From Stegostoma tigrinum (lineage: Eukaryota), in NCBI RefSeq assembly GCF_030684315.1, contig NC_081369.1, positions 10,020,035-10,084,034 of the forward strand: 64,000 nt of DNA. Reading direction: 5' to 3'. A model generated the notes under the pieces. The model did not search any database. It was not told the DNA's origin and was given only the letters and a program-made list of their open reading frames with translations. Of the stretch, positions 50,033 through 62,855 are shown piece by piece; within the stretch, counting starts at the first letter, position 1; each line of letters starts with the position of its first letter. The position numbers were made by a program, and so were the translations under genes.

Positions 50033-51595
50033 ACTATTCTTGAGTATTAGCCTTTAAATTCTTTGACTGTGCAGGGAACGTCAGCGAAATGTAGTGGATG
50101 TAGGCAAGAATTTCAGTCTTGAATGAATTGTATGCCTGCTGTTAATCTTAACAAAACAGTGTGAATTGTAATGTTTTAAAGTTAGTGGCAATTGATGCAG
50201 ATTGGACTCTTTTCGTCTTTGCGCACAGCCAATAACTATTGTCAAGGGAGGTAACCTGCCAAAAATATCTGGTAGTCTTATTCCGCAAGGACAAATGATT
50301 GCCTTGTAGAAAGTTGTGTTTTTCAAACACAGACAATGCCAAATGTGACAAGGAACAGGGAAGCTACTTCTGATAAGACGAGAAGCTGCACACTGGTGGC
50401 TTGAATAGTAGTCAACATTGAGGATAAAAGGATCTGAAGGATTGTCAAGATGTCACACCATAAACTTGAAGAGCAGAAAATACTATAAAAATACAACTCC
50501 AGGATTCTTCAGCAGCAAAACTCCAGGGAACAACACCACATACGACTGAACCCTGGATATATCCAGAGACAAATGTGGTTGGTTGGAATTTTAGCTAAAT
50601 TCCACCATTATTTGGATATTAGCCAATTGGGTTGTAAAGATGAATTTGCTCACTTGAGGGATCTTATTTTGGTTGCGACCTGCAATAAAATTGAATGTGT
50701 TTCAATATTAGATTGTCTGTAAAATTTCTTAACAAATAGCCAAATTAATTAGTTTGTGGTAATTTACCCACAATATCAATCTGTTAAAAGTCTTTCACTC
50801 CACAGATCAAATTGACATTTTTTTTGCGTTTTGTTTCAGATTTTCAGTGTGTGTTTTTTAATACAATCGTACAATCAGTTGTCCTTCCATCAATTCTTTA
50901 GTGATGAAGGCCATTTCACCCATTTTCATTCATCTTTACAGAGATGCTAAATTACTCCTGATTCAGCATTCAATTCTTTCATAAATGATTCTAAAGTTTT
51001 CAACTCCAATTGTCCATGACATATATTGTTTACTCTGTATAAAGGAAGTTTTCCTGACATCAGTCCTAAATTTACGCTATGTCTATTTTTCATGCAATGA
51101 TTGGTTCTTTGATTGTGAAACAGTAAGAATGATAATTACATAAAATATACTGCTAGAAAGAATGGCCAACACCAACAATCTGCTATACTCTCCCTTCCAT
51201 CAAGTCATCAGTATTATTCAGCACATATTCAGTATGGGGTACATTGATGAGGGCTTCTGATTCAACACAGGTTCACTATGCTAACTAAGAAAGGGAATAT
51301 ATACAAATGCATCTCGCAAAAGTTTTCACACAGTAACAATTAATCAGTCGCATGCAATCCAAGATAAATATGCAGTTTAGAGCAAATGAAAATGCAACTC
51401 ATCAGAATGAGTCCACTGAAACATTAAATCGACATGGATCAGCAAGACCTCAACAAAAGTGGAATAAATTATTGTTTTTTTTTATCCTGTATTTCGATTT
51501 ATCTTTTTTGCCTCTCACATTGACAAGATGTTTCTTCACAAATCAACAAGAGAGTTAGTAATGGATTTTGGGAGAATGAAACCATCAGTTCCTAC

Positions 51596-51724
51596 CATCA
51601 CATCCACAGTACAACAGTAAATCAAGAGCAAACTCTGAATTTTCCACATTTGTATCATGGATAAGTGTGTAGTATCCATTTCTCCAATATCGTAATTCCC
51701 CTCGGCAAACAGGAACACTGGGAT
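51596..51724 (-). CDS. OGFOD1: OGFOD1 exon
   Basis: 129 nt, phase 1-1, [42 protein letters not shown]. Confidence 0.95.
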
Positions 51725-51741
51725 CTGAAAAGGACAAACAC

Positions 51742-51825
51742 GGCTTAGATTAGTTCACAGGTCGGCGCAACATCGAGGGCCAAAAGGCCTGTTCTGTGCT
51801 GTATTGTTCTATGTTCTATGTTCTA
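51742..51825 (+). mobile_element. ~85-bp CR1 3' terminus abutting an OGFOD1 splice acceptor
   Basis: ggtcggcgcaacatcgagggccaaaaggcctgttctgtgctgtattg(ttctatg)n matches the 3' end of the CR1 at 35581-35660. Confidence 0.88.
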
Positions 51826-52963
51826 TACATCAAGTTCCTTCACAAGTTTTAATTCTTTGTTTCTAAGATAGTGAAAAACCATACATTAATTTGACTTAGA
51901 GATAACAAGGTGTAGAGCTGGATGAACACAGCAGGCCAAGCAGCATCATAGGAGCAGGAAGGCTGATGTTTCAGGCTAGGCCTTTACCATGTTTTGTATG
52001 TTTAGTTTCCCTATGCACCCCAAGTCCTCCTTCCCCTGCCTGCCCTAAACAGACAACGAAACGTGGCCAAAGAACATGGCTTTCTCACAGATACAGACTC
52101 CCAAGATGTTGCTAGGCTATTAAAACCATGTGATATTCCCAGCTGCTCAACATCATGATTGATTTTATCTTGGTAGGTTCTCACCAGCATCTGGACACCT
52201 CTGACACTATTATCTTTCCTCATCAGCTCCCTTTTTGATGCCTTCCGTTTTCCTCCTCAGAATATAGGAGGAGGAGCAGGCCATTCAGGCCACTGAGCCA
52301 GCCATTCACACTGTCTGCAAATTGAGATCAAACCAAGTGTACGTAATCTCAAAGTGTCACTAATTCTCACTTCTGTCAGAGGCCACCACCAAAGAATGCA
52401 AAGGCTGTTTAAAACTTATTTCATTGTCTGCAAGCAACACTGGCAAGGCCAATATTTGATCTGTAATTACCTTTGAGAATCAGGAGGTGAGCCACCTTCC
52501 TGAACTGGCGCAATCCATCCAGTGTAACTACACCCACAATGCTATTAGAAAGACTTCCAGGAACGGTGTCAGATACATAAGTCAGTGGTGACTAACACAG
52601 GGCATGAATGGAAAATTACTGTTGTGCCCATTTTTGTCTGCTTCCTGAAAGACAGGTCAGCTTAACATTTTCCTCAATGTCCAGAACAGCCTCACCAGCT
52701 TTATAAACACCTGCATACAGGTCTAAGGACTGATCTTTACCATTCGATGCTGCACCAAGACGTGGCATTTAGGTCACTGGAACACCTTATCAAATGTATA
52801 CTAAACCATCCAGTGTCACATTCAGACTTCGACTTGCGCAAGCAGAAATTTAATTTGATGATTTTATTAATGTCATTTACAAATGGCTTCATATTTTAAT
52901 TGTGATCCTCTAATATCAATCATTCACCCAGTAGATTTTAGAACGTTTTTCAGTGAAGCTTAC

Positions 52964-53271
52964 TTTTGGAACTCTCCGCCAGAACATCAATTTCCTTCGG
53001 CTTCGCCTTTTCTCCTTCATCTTTCCCACCTTTACATTCTGTTGAATCACATTTGCATCTTTTCTCAGTGCTGGAACATGCGTGCGCATGGTTGTCATGC
53101 TCCTTCACATCACCCTCCTGCTCATCTGCATCATTATCGGAAGCTGCGAGGAAATGCAGTTTTAAGCCAGTAAAATTGGACAGAAGCAGGAACATGGCCT
53201 CAGAACAGAACAGCTCCATACACTTGGCCAGAATGTCAGGGAGGCCATCTTCCTCTGCTTGATCATAGCAT
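52964..53271 (-). CDS. OGFOD1: OGFOD1 exon
   Basis: 308 nt, phase 2-1, [42 protein letters not shown] followed by a variable acidic linker. Confidence 0.95.
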
Positions 53272-53336
53272 CTGTAAAACAAAGAGGTAATACCACAGTA
53301 CGTGTCATATACAGAACCAGATAGCAATATTTCAAT

Positions 53337-53498
53337 AGAGATAATGGGAACTGCAGATGCTGGAGAATCCAAGAAAACATATGTGAAGCTGGATGAACAC
53401 AGCAGGGCAATAAAGGGTCTAGGCCCGAAACGTCAGCTTTTGTGCTGCTGAGATGCCGCTTGGCCTGTTGTGTTCATCCAGCTTCACACTTTGTTATC
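53337..53498. mobile_element. short palindromic Penelope-derived element
   Basis: Same family as 32504. 15-bp TSD tagca(a/g)tatttcaat. The CTGATGA half of the hammerhead is lost. Confidence 0.82.
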
Positions 53499-53814
53499 TA
53501 GCAGTATTTCAATGCGAAGTTTGTCATTTATTTTAGTAGTACAGTGGTATCTTTCATTATTCTGAGATCAGTAACACACCTCAGTATTGTTCAGGCTTCT
53601 CATAATACCTATGCATAAAAAGATCTGGTTACGTAATTCAACATTAGAAGGACATTTCATTTACATCAGGGCAGAGATGCAAGCTGAGGCTAAGCTTTCA
53701 GTTCAAATTCAATGAAAATGGGCAGAAATTAATGGACAGACCATGCACATGTCAGATGATGGCAAACAAAGAGGCAGAATCAGGAGACAGAGAGAAAGGG
53801 GAAGACTTTCTCCA

Positions 53815-54095
53815 CAGCCAGGTTCAAGATGAGGGGCCACAGGTTTAGGGGAGATGTGAGGAAAACCGTTTTTACCCAGAGGTTGACGATGATCAGGAAC
53901 ACGCTGCCTGGGAAGGATGCAGAGGCAAATTGGCTCACACCCTTTACAAAGCACCTGGATGAGCACTTGGCACATCGAAGCATTCAAGGCTATGGGCCGA
54001 GTGCTGATAAATGAAATTAAGTTGAAGGTCAGGTGTTTCTCACTTGTCAATGCTGACTCAATGGCCAAAGGGCCTCTTCTGCAGAATGTGATTCC
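53815..54095 (+). mobile_element. CR1 3' fragment
   Basis: RGHRFRGDVRKTVFTQR...FTKHLDEHL...QGYGPSA. Confidence 0.75.
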
Positions 54096-54829
54096 ATGAG
54101 CCCAAAGGGAGCAAGTCCAAGGTCAAAACTGGAAGCTTAATTTTCACAGAGATCAATGTGATTCTTCTCTGTTTCACAAATAATCCAGAATACCACATTG
54201 TCATAACAGACCAAATGGAAAGATAAAAGGTTTCTCAATCATGATATGAACAACTATGCAGTAATAGGATTTTTCTTTTAAAAGACACACGGAGAGATAT
54301 ATCTAATTTCCCCAGGACAACCCAGTTGTGTAAGCAAATGCTTGAGCCTTCTTCCCATCAGATCTGTTAATGATACAAAATAATTCAGAGCAAGGTAGTG
54401 TGTAACAACAACAACATCATAAAAATAGTGCTCAATTGTACATCTATGTAGAACTCCTCACTCATACTGTGGTGAGGAATGAAAGGATCAAAAGCAAGCC
54501 CATCATTCAATATTACAAATCTGCCAGCAAGGCCTGTGAATCTCATTTACTTTACATGTGTAAAAAAAAAGTTTGATATTGAAATTACATAAACGTTTAA
54601 TGCTTTAGTACTTACATACTGTCATGCAAACAATAATGTTTTGCTCTCTCTTGTTCCAGGTTTGGATCACCAGGGTTTGTTAGTGAAGTGAAAGGTTGCA
54701 GAAATTTACCGTTGCATCTGCTCCACCGACACTTTTTCTCAACATGAACTACTGGTTAACTGGGCCTTCGATCACTTTACAGCTCTAAATTCATTAGTGC
54801 TAATGCTCTCAGACTTTTGATTCACTCAC

Positions 54830-54909
54830 CTCTTGTTGGCAGGTCCTCTTCTCTTCCACTTAATCTGTGAGCTTTGCAAAGCCTCACAAACCATCTGAAA
54901 CTTTTCTTT
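54830..54909 (-). CDS. OGFOD1: OGFOD1 exon
   Basis: 80 nt, KEKFQMVCEALQSSQIKWKRRGPANKR, donor GTGAGT. Confidence 0.95.
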
Positions 54910-56175
54910 CTGCATAAGTGGAGGAAAATGCAGCTGTTACAGGGTGCCGACATGGTCATGGCAGTTCAAATGTATGGTGCGTTACTGTAGAAAATAAACT
55001 ATTTACTCCATTGAATAGCACAGCAAGGAGGTCATGTGGTACTATGTTTAGAGTCACTGCCCCTAAGACAGAAGTTTCAGATTCAAAAGATCCACTCTAG
55101 GACTCGATGGCCACTGAAGCTAAGTTCATAATGGAGACAACAAGTTGAACAGCAGCTTGTTAATTCTTGTAATACACACTAATTGCAAACAGTAAAACAA
55201 TAATGACATTTCTGGCCAGGCATTTGATCCGAAGAAATTTGATCCTCCACAACCGTTATCCATTGGTCCTGGGTTCAATATGCATGTAAAGGTATATTTT
55301 GTCACAGCAACTCTTTGAGGGCCAGGTGGCTAGCCACTCAGTGTGGATTCAGAACCTGCCTCCTTACTCTCCCATAAAGGAGGCTGTGGCAACACCGTGA
55401 CACAGCCTCCTTTTTGACACAAAGCTGAAACAACAAGTGTGTGGTTCATATCTATGGTACCGACTGAATATAGTTCATTAGCAGGAGATATTTTGGGTCA
55501 TTCTATGATCATGAAAGGTTCCGTGTAAATGCAAATTCTTTCTAAATAAACTGATGTACAGAAGCAGAAAAACAGGCAAGATCACAACCAGCACATTTAA
55601 TAATTTGCAACTCTGACTCTATGGTGGCAATTTAAAGAATGACAACTGTTTGTTGAGCTTCTTACCAAATTGACACCGCAACAGTCCCTTTGTCAGGTCT
55701 TATTCCTATAACTGATCTGAACACATTACTTTTCACATTTTTCACGCTATCAAATAATCAGTTCTATGGTGCAAGAATATGTATTGCAACAATAGAATAC
55801 ATTTCACGAGTGTTTCTTCAATTTCTCTGAAAATGTACCAAGATAATCTGGCTGAGGCAAAAATTGCTTTAAATACCTTAGCTACGCTGTGCAATTCCGT
55901 AAAGTTGAAAGACGTTTGCTTACTCTAAAATCATACCATACAGCTTCAAATCATAATACCGACAAATAAACCCAATAGTCTGTCAGTGGGTGTTCATGCT
56001 TAGCTTGAACAAAAGAATCCTCCTGCATTCGGTTCAACAACTCTGGGATAAGACTCTTCTCCCTTCAGTATCATGTTTACTACAGCCTTCTTGACGGGAC
56101 AGTTAGTTTCCAAATGCCAGATAGTCTTCCGTATCTGTATTCTTATCAAATGTTGGCACTGAAATTGGAGAAGTT

Positions 56176-56485
56176 TATTAGATTCCCTACAGTGTGGAAA
56201 CAGGCCCTTCGGCCCCACAGGTCCACACCACCCCTTGAAGCATCCAACCCAGACCCATCCCCCTATCACCCACACACCCCTGAACACTATGGGCAATTTA
56301 GCATGGCCGATCCACCTAGCCTTTCATCTTTGGACTGTGGGAGGAAACCGGAGCACCCGGAGGAAACCCACGCAGGCACGGGGAGAATGTGCAAACTCCA
56401 CACAGACAGTCGCCCGAGGCTAGAATCGAACCCGGGTCCCGGGCACCGTGAGGCTGCAGTGCTAACCACTGAGCCACCGTGCCCC
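56176..56485 (-). mobile_element. full-length HE1/V-SINE-like tRNA-derived SINE
   Basis: A-box GGCTCAGTGG, B-box GGTTCGATTC, V-domain and CR1-like tail ccacactgtagggaatc. Confidence 0.92.
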
Positions 56486-56736
56486 ACTAAAAACATCCTC
56501 ACCTTCCCGTCTGGAGATGATTACTTTAAATTAAACTATGACATCTATACAGGACAAACATTATTAAAAAAAAATGAAAACAACTCAACACCTCTTACTT
56601 ATACCTGAACAAAGAAATTAATTCACCTCAGTACAAACATCACTAAAACACGTCCATTTTCCTATCCAGGCTGCACGAATATTTTTTAATGAGTTCTTGT
56701 TTTATAAAAAAATTCAATCCTGGACTGAATTTTCAC

Positions 56737-56850
56737 CTTTAAAAAATTCTTTAGAAGGATCTCTGATTCTTCCTCAAACTCCTCCTGGATGTGGGCTTGA
56801 GTTGAAACACTGAGGTAAATTGGATTGATCCAGTCATAAAGATTTTTTTC
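56737..56850 (-). CDS. OGFOD1: OGFOD1 exon
   Basis: 114 nt, [38 protein letters not shown]. Confidence 0.96.
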
Positions 56851-56979
56851 CTGAAACACAATAAAAAGAAGCACTTCTTAAAACCTAATACTTTGACGAT
56901 CAGTTATGTTATGTGTCCTAACAGTGTATTGTAATGCTCCTGAGAAGCCTCTTGGCATTTTTATAATGTTAAACGTAAG

Positions 56980-57255
56980 GAACAGCACAGTGGGTCAGCA
57001 GTTAGCACTGCTGCTTCACAGTGCTAGAGTCCTGGGTTCAACTCCACCCTTGGGCAACTGTCTGCGTGGAGTTTTCTCATTCTCCCCATATCTGCATGGG
57101 TTTCCTCCAGGTTTTCCAGAGATGTGCAGGTTAGGTAGATTGGCCATGGGAAATGCAGGGTTTGAGACAGGCAGACCTGGGTAGGATGCTCTTCAGATGG
57201 GGTCAACCCAGACTCAATGGGCCAAATAGCCTGCTTCCAGAGTGTAGGGATTCTA
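56980..57255 (+). mobile_element. HE1/V-SINE-like SINE, older copy
   Basis: Inverted homologue of 56176-56485. Confidence 0.85.
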
Positions 57256-57485
57256 TCATTTTAACATGATATCCCAGAATAAAATGTTGCTGTTGGTGCT
57301 CTTTCTGCACCATAACAGCCTACTTGTGAGATGTTCCAGAGCTTTTCACAAATTAATAAGACACTCATACGAGATCACAGTGCAAGTGTTTTAATTATTG
57401 AATAATGAGATCATTTCTTGTTATTGATAAATGTTTCAAAGATTTCTCGTAATTGAAGTCTGGCATTGCACTAGGTTGTAACCAG

Positions 57486-58839
57486 TGATAATGGGAACTG
57501 CAGGTGCCGGAGAATCCAAGATAACAAAGTGTGAAGCTAGATAAACACAGCAGGCCAAGCAGCATCTTAGGAGCACAAACGCTGATGTTTCGGGCATAGG
57601 CCCTTCTTCAGAGAGGGGGATGGGGAGAGGGAACTCGAATAAATAGGGAGAGAGGGGGAGGCGGACTGAAGATGGAGAGAAAAGAAGATAGGTAGAGAGG
57701 AGATTATAGGTGAGTTCAGAGGTAGGGAGGGGACAGGTCAGTCCAGGGAAGACGGACAGGTCAAGGAGGCAGGATGAGGTGGTAGGTAGGAAATGGAGGT
57801 GCGGCTTGAGGTGGGAGGAAGGGATGGGTGAGAGGAAGAACAGGTTAGGGAAGCGGAGATAGGCTTAGACAGATTTTTCCATCCCCACCTTTGTCTGCCT
57901 TCCGGAGAGACCACTCTCTCCACGACTCCCTTGTCTGCTCCACACTCCCCTCCAACCCCACCACTCCCGGCACCTTCCCCTGCAACCGCAGGAAATGCTA
58001 CACTTGCCCCCACACCTACTCCCTCAGCCCCATCCCAGGCCCCAAGATGACTTTCCATATCAAGCAGATGTTCACCTGCACATCTGCCAATGTGGTATAT
58101 TGTATCCACTGTACCCGGTGTGGCTTCCTCTACATTGGGGAAACCAAGCGGAGGCTTGGGGACCGCTTTGCAGAACACCTCCGCTCAGTTCGCAACAAAC
58201 TACTGCACCTCCCAGTCGCAAACCATTTTAACTCCCCCCTCCCATTCCCCAGACGACATGTCCATTATGGGCCTCCTGCAGTGCCACAATGATGCCACCC
58301 GAAGGTTGCCAGAGCAGCAACTCATATTCTGCTTGGGAACCCTGCAGCCCAATGGTATCAATGTGGACTTCACAAGCTTCAAAATCACCCCTTCCCCCAC
58401 TGCATCCCCAAACCAGCCCAGTTCTTCACCACCCCCCACTGTATCCCAAAACCAGCCCAGCTCGTCCCCACCCCAACTGCATCCCAAAACCAGCCCAGCC
58501 TGTCTCCGCTTCCCTAACCTGTTCTTCCTCTCACCTATCCCTTCCTCCCACCTCAAGCCGCACCTCCATTTCCTACCTACCACCTCATCCTGCCTCCTTG
58601 ACCTGTCCGTCTTCCCTGGACTGACCTATCCCCTCCCTACCTCCTCACCTATACTCTCCTCTCTACCTATCTTCTTTTCTCTCCATCTTCGGTCCGCCTC
58701 CCCCTCTCTCCCTATTTATTCGAGTTCCCTCTCCCCAGCTCCCTCTCTGAAGAAGGGTCTAGGCCCGAAACGTCAGCGTTTGTGCTCCTGAGATGCTACT
58801 TAGCCTGCTGTGTTGATCCAGCTCCACACTTTGTTATCT
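57486..58839 (+). mobile_element. Penelope-like element: inverted 5' pLTR + GIY-YIG + pLTR
   Basis: NVVYCIHCTRCGFLYIGETKRRLGDRFAEH. Hammerhead motif CTGAAGA..GAAACGTC at ~58747-58774. 14-bp TSD taggttgtaaccag at 57472-57485 and 58840-58853. Confidence 0.93.
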
Positions 58840-59262
58840 TAGGTTGTAACCAGGAACTGGTTCCTACTCATGATGCCTGAGGCCCAAGTGAGATAATGTT
58901 AAGTATGCAACAATTAAAGGAACTCAAATAAGCAATGATCACTAGCATACAGATCCCATGTTGTTGGTTAACAAAGAGGGCTACAAAGAGAATTTGCACC
59001 ATTAGTAGGTGTGTACATCTCGCATTTTTACTACTGCAGGAGCCAGGCCTCAAGCTTGAATAATTCAGAACATGAAAACAGTTTGATAAGATGCATAGAT
59101 TTCCAGTTTCCTCACAGCTTTTCACTATACCAGGCCATTATGGGGTCACAGGTCCCTCCTTGGAAAGCACTGAGGCGGAGGTTCTTCAATGAATCTTCAA
59201 ATTCTAAATTAAAATGCAAGATCCAACAAGCTGTACTGAGGCAAAGCTCAAAAATTGGAATA

Positions 59263-59481
59263 CAGTTGGTTCTGATATAATGCGATAGTTCCATTCTTGA
59301 GCAACCTCACGTTATAAGAAAATCATGCAACAGCCATGCCATTTAAAATAATGGGGCCGCAATTGCGTTACAGCCAATACAGGTAAGAAAAGTTTGCTTT
59401 CTACAAATAGAGGTCTAAATTCTTCAATCGCATTAAAACCAATTCACGCTGAGGAAACCCACATTATATCAGAACCAAATG
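59263..59481. mobile_element. MITE (Tc1/mariner-pogo/Tigger-like)
   Basis: ~22-bp TIRs cagttggttctgatataatgcg / cacattatatcagaaccaaatg, with a 5' flanking TA. Confidence 0.75.
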
Positions 59482-59996
59482 CATGTATTACAATTTACCA
59501 GGAGATCACTGGCTTTATCGGATTATATTTTGAGGACAGTTGCATAAAGATGATGTGGATTCCCTGAAGCATAGAAGACTGAAAGGTGATCTGATTGAGA
59601 CGCCTGAAAAGGTGAAATGGATTTGTAAAGAAAAACTATTTCCTCTTGTGAAGGAAGTCAAGAATGGAGTCATAATCTTAAAATTAAAGCAAATCTATTT
59701 AGGAGGAAAATTAGGAAATAGTTTTTCATACAAGGGATAGCAGAATTATACAAGTCTCTCCACCAAAGGATGTGGATGACGGCTAAATGGGAATTTTAGA
59801 CACAATGCTACAGGGATTTTGCATCTCATCTCATCTCATCTGCCTTGTATGGAATTGAAATCCCCTCGTCTTGGATTTGAAATAACAATATATTTCACAG
59901 CAGCATTCAGCTCCTATTCCCCAAAAGCATGTTATTTTAATCAGACTGAAACTTAAGTATGCTGGTTGTGACCAGGATAGGCAAATCTGCACTTAC

Positions 59997-60125
59997 ATCA
60001 CTTGCAACATGTGGATATCGATTAGAAAGAGGTTCAATGTAACGAGCTGGCCTCTCCAACGATGGGCCATGGAACCAGCCACTAACAGAGAGGCGACACT
60101 TCTGCTCCGACAGAACTTCAGATAC
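59997..60125 (-). CDS. OGFOD1: OGFOD1 exon (2OG-binding Arg region)
   Basis: 129 nt, VSEVLSEQKCRLSVSGWFHGPSLERPARYIEPLSNRYPHVASD. Confidence 0.96.
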
Positions 60126-60409
60126 CTGATTAGGTAAAATTTGCAGCACATTATCAAATTATAAAACTTGGCCAAATATTCTAAGCACTGCACTAAGAAA
60201 ACAATGTATGATGCCTAATTGTCACGACAACAATGAATGTTCTTGCCAATTGCAAACCCTCCCACACAAGAAATAAAACAGTGGCAATATCTAAAATACC
60301 TTGCTATTAGACACAGTAACCAAACCAATACAAAAGCTACAAATCACACTTATAGTGTCAAGTGGCAGTATATATTGCTATTCAAACCCAACAAAGTTGT
60401 CATCACAGA

Positions 60410-62078
60410 AAATCTAAAGATAGTTTATTGGCACATTTAGAGAAAGGACAGCAAAGGAAAGACTTGGGCTCATCAGAAATGCATATGATAACTTTTGTGT
60501 CAATGAAGAAGATGTGGGCATCGTTCTTCATGAGTATTTTGTCCCTGTCTTCATTAAGGAGAGAAAGGATGCAGAAATTCAAGATAAGTAGACAAATTAC
60601 CAGGATTAAAAGGAACTCCTGGTGTTAAAGGGAACAGGGAGGAATTACCAGATGCTTGGAAGATCATTTACTAAACTTCATTACATACAGGCAAGATATC
60701 AGAGGATTAGAGGTCTGTGAACGTCGCTCTATTATTCTTCATTGAGAACAAATAATTATTGATCAGGTAATCTGACCTTAGTGACAGGCAAATTATTATA
60801 ATGCACATTGTGAGATAGCACTAACTGTAACTTGGAAAGGCACATATTAATCAGTAATAGTCAGCATGATTTTGTTAACAGAAAATTGCTTCTTACTAAC
60901 TTAATTGAATTTTTTGAAGACGTAACAAGGAGGTTGGATGAGGATAGTGCAGTGAGTGAATCTGAGCATGGTATTTGACAGTCCTAAATAGCACATAGGT
61001 CAGAAAAATTCAATTCCATCAGAAACAGAGGAATGTGGTGATTTGGATCCAAAATTAACACAGTGGTAGAAAACAACGATTAGCAGATGTATTGGGAATG
61101 TAAAACAATTTCCAATTGTGTTCCATAGGCTTCAGCGTCACTGTTTGTGACATACGTTAATGACAGATACAAAGAAGGGAGACATGATGGGAAAATGCAG
61201 ACAACATAATAGCTGCTGGTAGTGAAGAGGACAATTGTCAACTAAACAGTGATATCAAGAGTTTGGTCAAGTGGCGGGAAATGTGGAAAATAGAATTCAT
61301 TCCACAGGACTATGAGTGCATGCATTTTGCGAAGGCAAACACAGCAAGTAAATGAATGGGAAGGTGTTGCGAGGGGAACAGGAAGTGTAAGATGTTGGAA
61401 TGCATGTCAACTGAGCCCCAAACGTGGCAGGGCAGATAGACAAGGTGGTAAAGAAAGCATAAGGAAGGCTTTCCTTTATTGCACAAGGTACTGAATACAA
61501 AAGCAGGGATGTAATGCTGGTACTATTTAAGACACTGATCAGGCCACATCTGGAGATTTGTGGACAGCTCTTACAGGAAGAACATATTTGCTCTGTTGAC
61601 AGCACAGAGGAAATTAACGAAAATGCTGTCAGAGTTTACATTTATGAGAAAAGTTTGGATTGACAAGCATTATTTCCCTAAAAACGGAGAAAGCTGAAGG
61701 CTGGCATAAATGGGATAAATAAAATATTGAGGGGTTCTGTTAACGTGGACAAGAAAGGCGCGAATCCCTGAGCAGAGAGGGAAATTACCAGCTAACACAG
61801 TCCTAAAGTGATTGTTAGAAGGATAAAAGTGTACATTAGGAAATAAGTGATAACTTGATTATAGGTGTCTGGAATTTGCTGCCCAGTTCCAGTAGTTGAA
61901 GCTGAAAACCTCAGTTCATTTACAAGGAACGTCAATCTGCACAAGAAGCACTGTAACCTGCAAGACTATGGACCATGTGCTGGAAAGAGGGATTAGATTG
62001 GATGACTAGTTTATTTTGCTGATATGTAAACTATGGGCTGAATAGATCTTTCGGTGCTGCAATGTTTATCTAGTTCTA
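60410..62078 (+). mobile_element. highly degenerate CR1-type LINE
   Basis: agtcagcatg...cttactaacttaattgaattttttgaaga (SQH..LTNLIEFFE), aggccacatctggag, and a CR1 3'UTR. Confidence 0.8.
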
Positions 62079-62217
62079 TCCATAAGGGCATAGATCCAAC
62101 CAAATTTTAATTTACATTTTCCATTTACAGAGTCACAGAGTTCCACTGAGCTGGATTTTGGATATCTAACCTTGATTAATGGGTGGTCAAGTAGAAGTGG
62201 GACAAAAAGGAGCCAAC

Positions 62218-62310
62218 AGTGAGAAGTCACACAACACCAGGTTATAGTCCAACAGGTTTATCTGAAATCACAAGATCTTGAAGTGCTCCTTCATCAGGTG
62301 AAGTGAGAAG
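62218..62310 (-). mobile_element. Penelope-like pLTR remnant (third family)
   Basis: Minus strand reads cacctgatgaaggagc...aaacctgttggactataacctggtgttgtgtga. The GAAA half of the hammerhead motif is decayed. Confidence 0.5.
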
Positions 62311-62763
62311 GGAAAGCATGCTTTCTACTTCAGGGCACGTTTCCCCAGATGAGAACTGCAACATGTCTTGAATGGGTAAAAACATTCAAGGGGACAATTA
62401 ACCGCTGACACACTTAACTGGTGCAACATTTGGTATAACTTTATTCTAGATGTCTATGGACCCAGAATGCATGTAGTCAGTCCAACACAATCACTGCATG
62501 CAAAGAATGTGCTTCTGCCGACTGCTCCATTAACTCCCTGACATTCCTTTATCCCCATTCTTCTCACTTAAAGGAATTCACATTGGGAAACCCACTTTCA
62601 TAACATTACAGGCACTCAAGAAGTATTCCAAAATGAAAACACTTTGTAGAAACATCCTTCAATGTAACTGTACACAAGAAACAAATAGTCTCCATATTAT
62701 GATGGACAACATGACCACAAATTGTCATCACACAGATTATCATAAATATTGTTAGACCCATAC

Positions 62764-62855
62764 CTGATGGTGAGATAGAGGGGAAACCTCAAAGAAAACT
62801 AATGTGTTCCATGAAGGAGTTAGAGATTTGACAATCTGTTGAGGCTGATAATGAT
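62764..62855 (-). CDS. OGFOD1: OGFOD1 exon (distal iron-binding His); upstream exons are outside the window
   Basis: 92 nt, [30 protein letters not shown]. All eight exons join in frame. Confidence 0.96.

Noticed and set aside
55376-55415. Rho-independent terminator
   Set aside because: Eukaryotic intron context. Kept only as an unexplained hairpin.
56400-56485. tRNA gene
   Set aside because: The A/B boxes belong to a SINE head that continues into a V-domain and LINE-like tail. The same applies at 11513 and 41650.
58090-58791. 233-aa Pro/Ser-rich ORF (also 23648-24175 and 56114-56608)
   Set aside because: Off-frame readings of C-rich Penelope pLTR or SINE sequence.
32504-58839. CRISPR-like recurring repeats (gggtctaggcccgaaacgtcagc)
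   Set aside because: Dispersed Penelope pLTR copies, not a regularly spaced array, and no cas genes.
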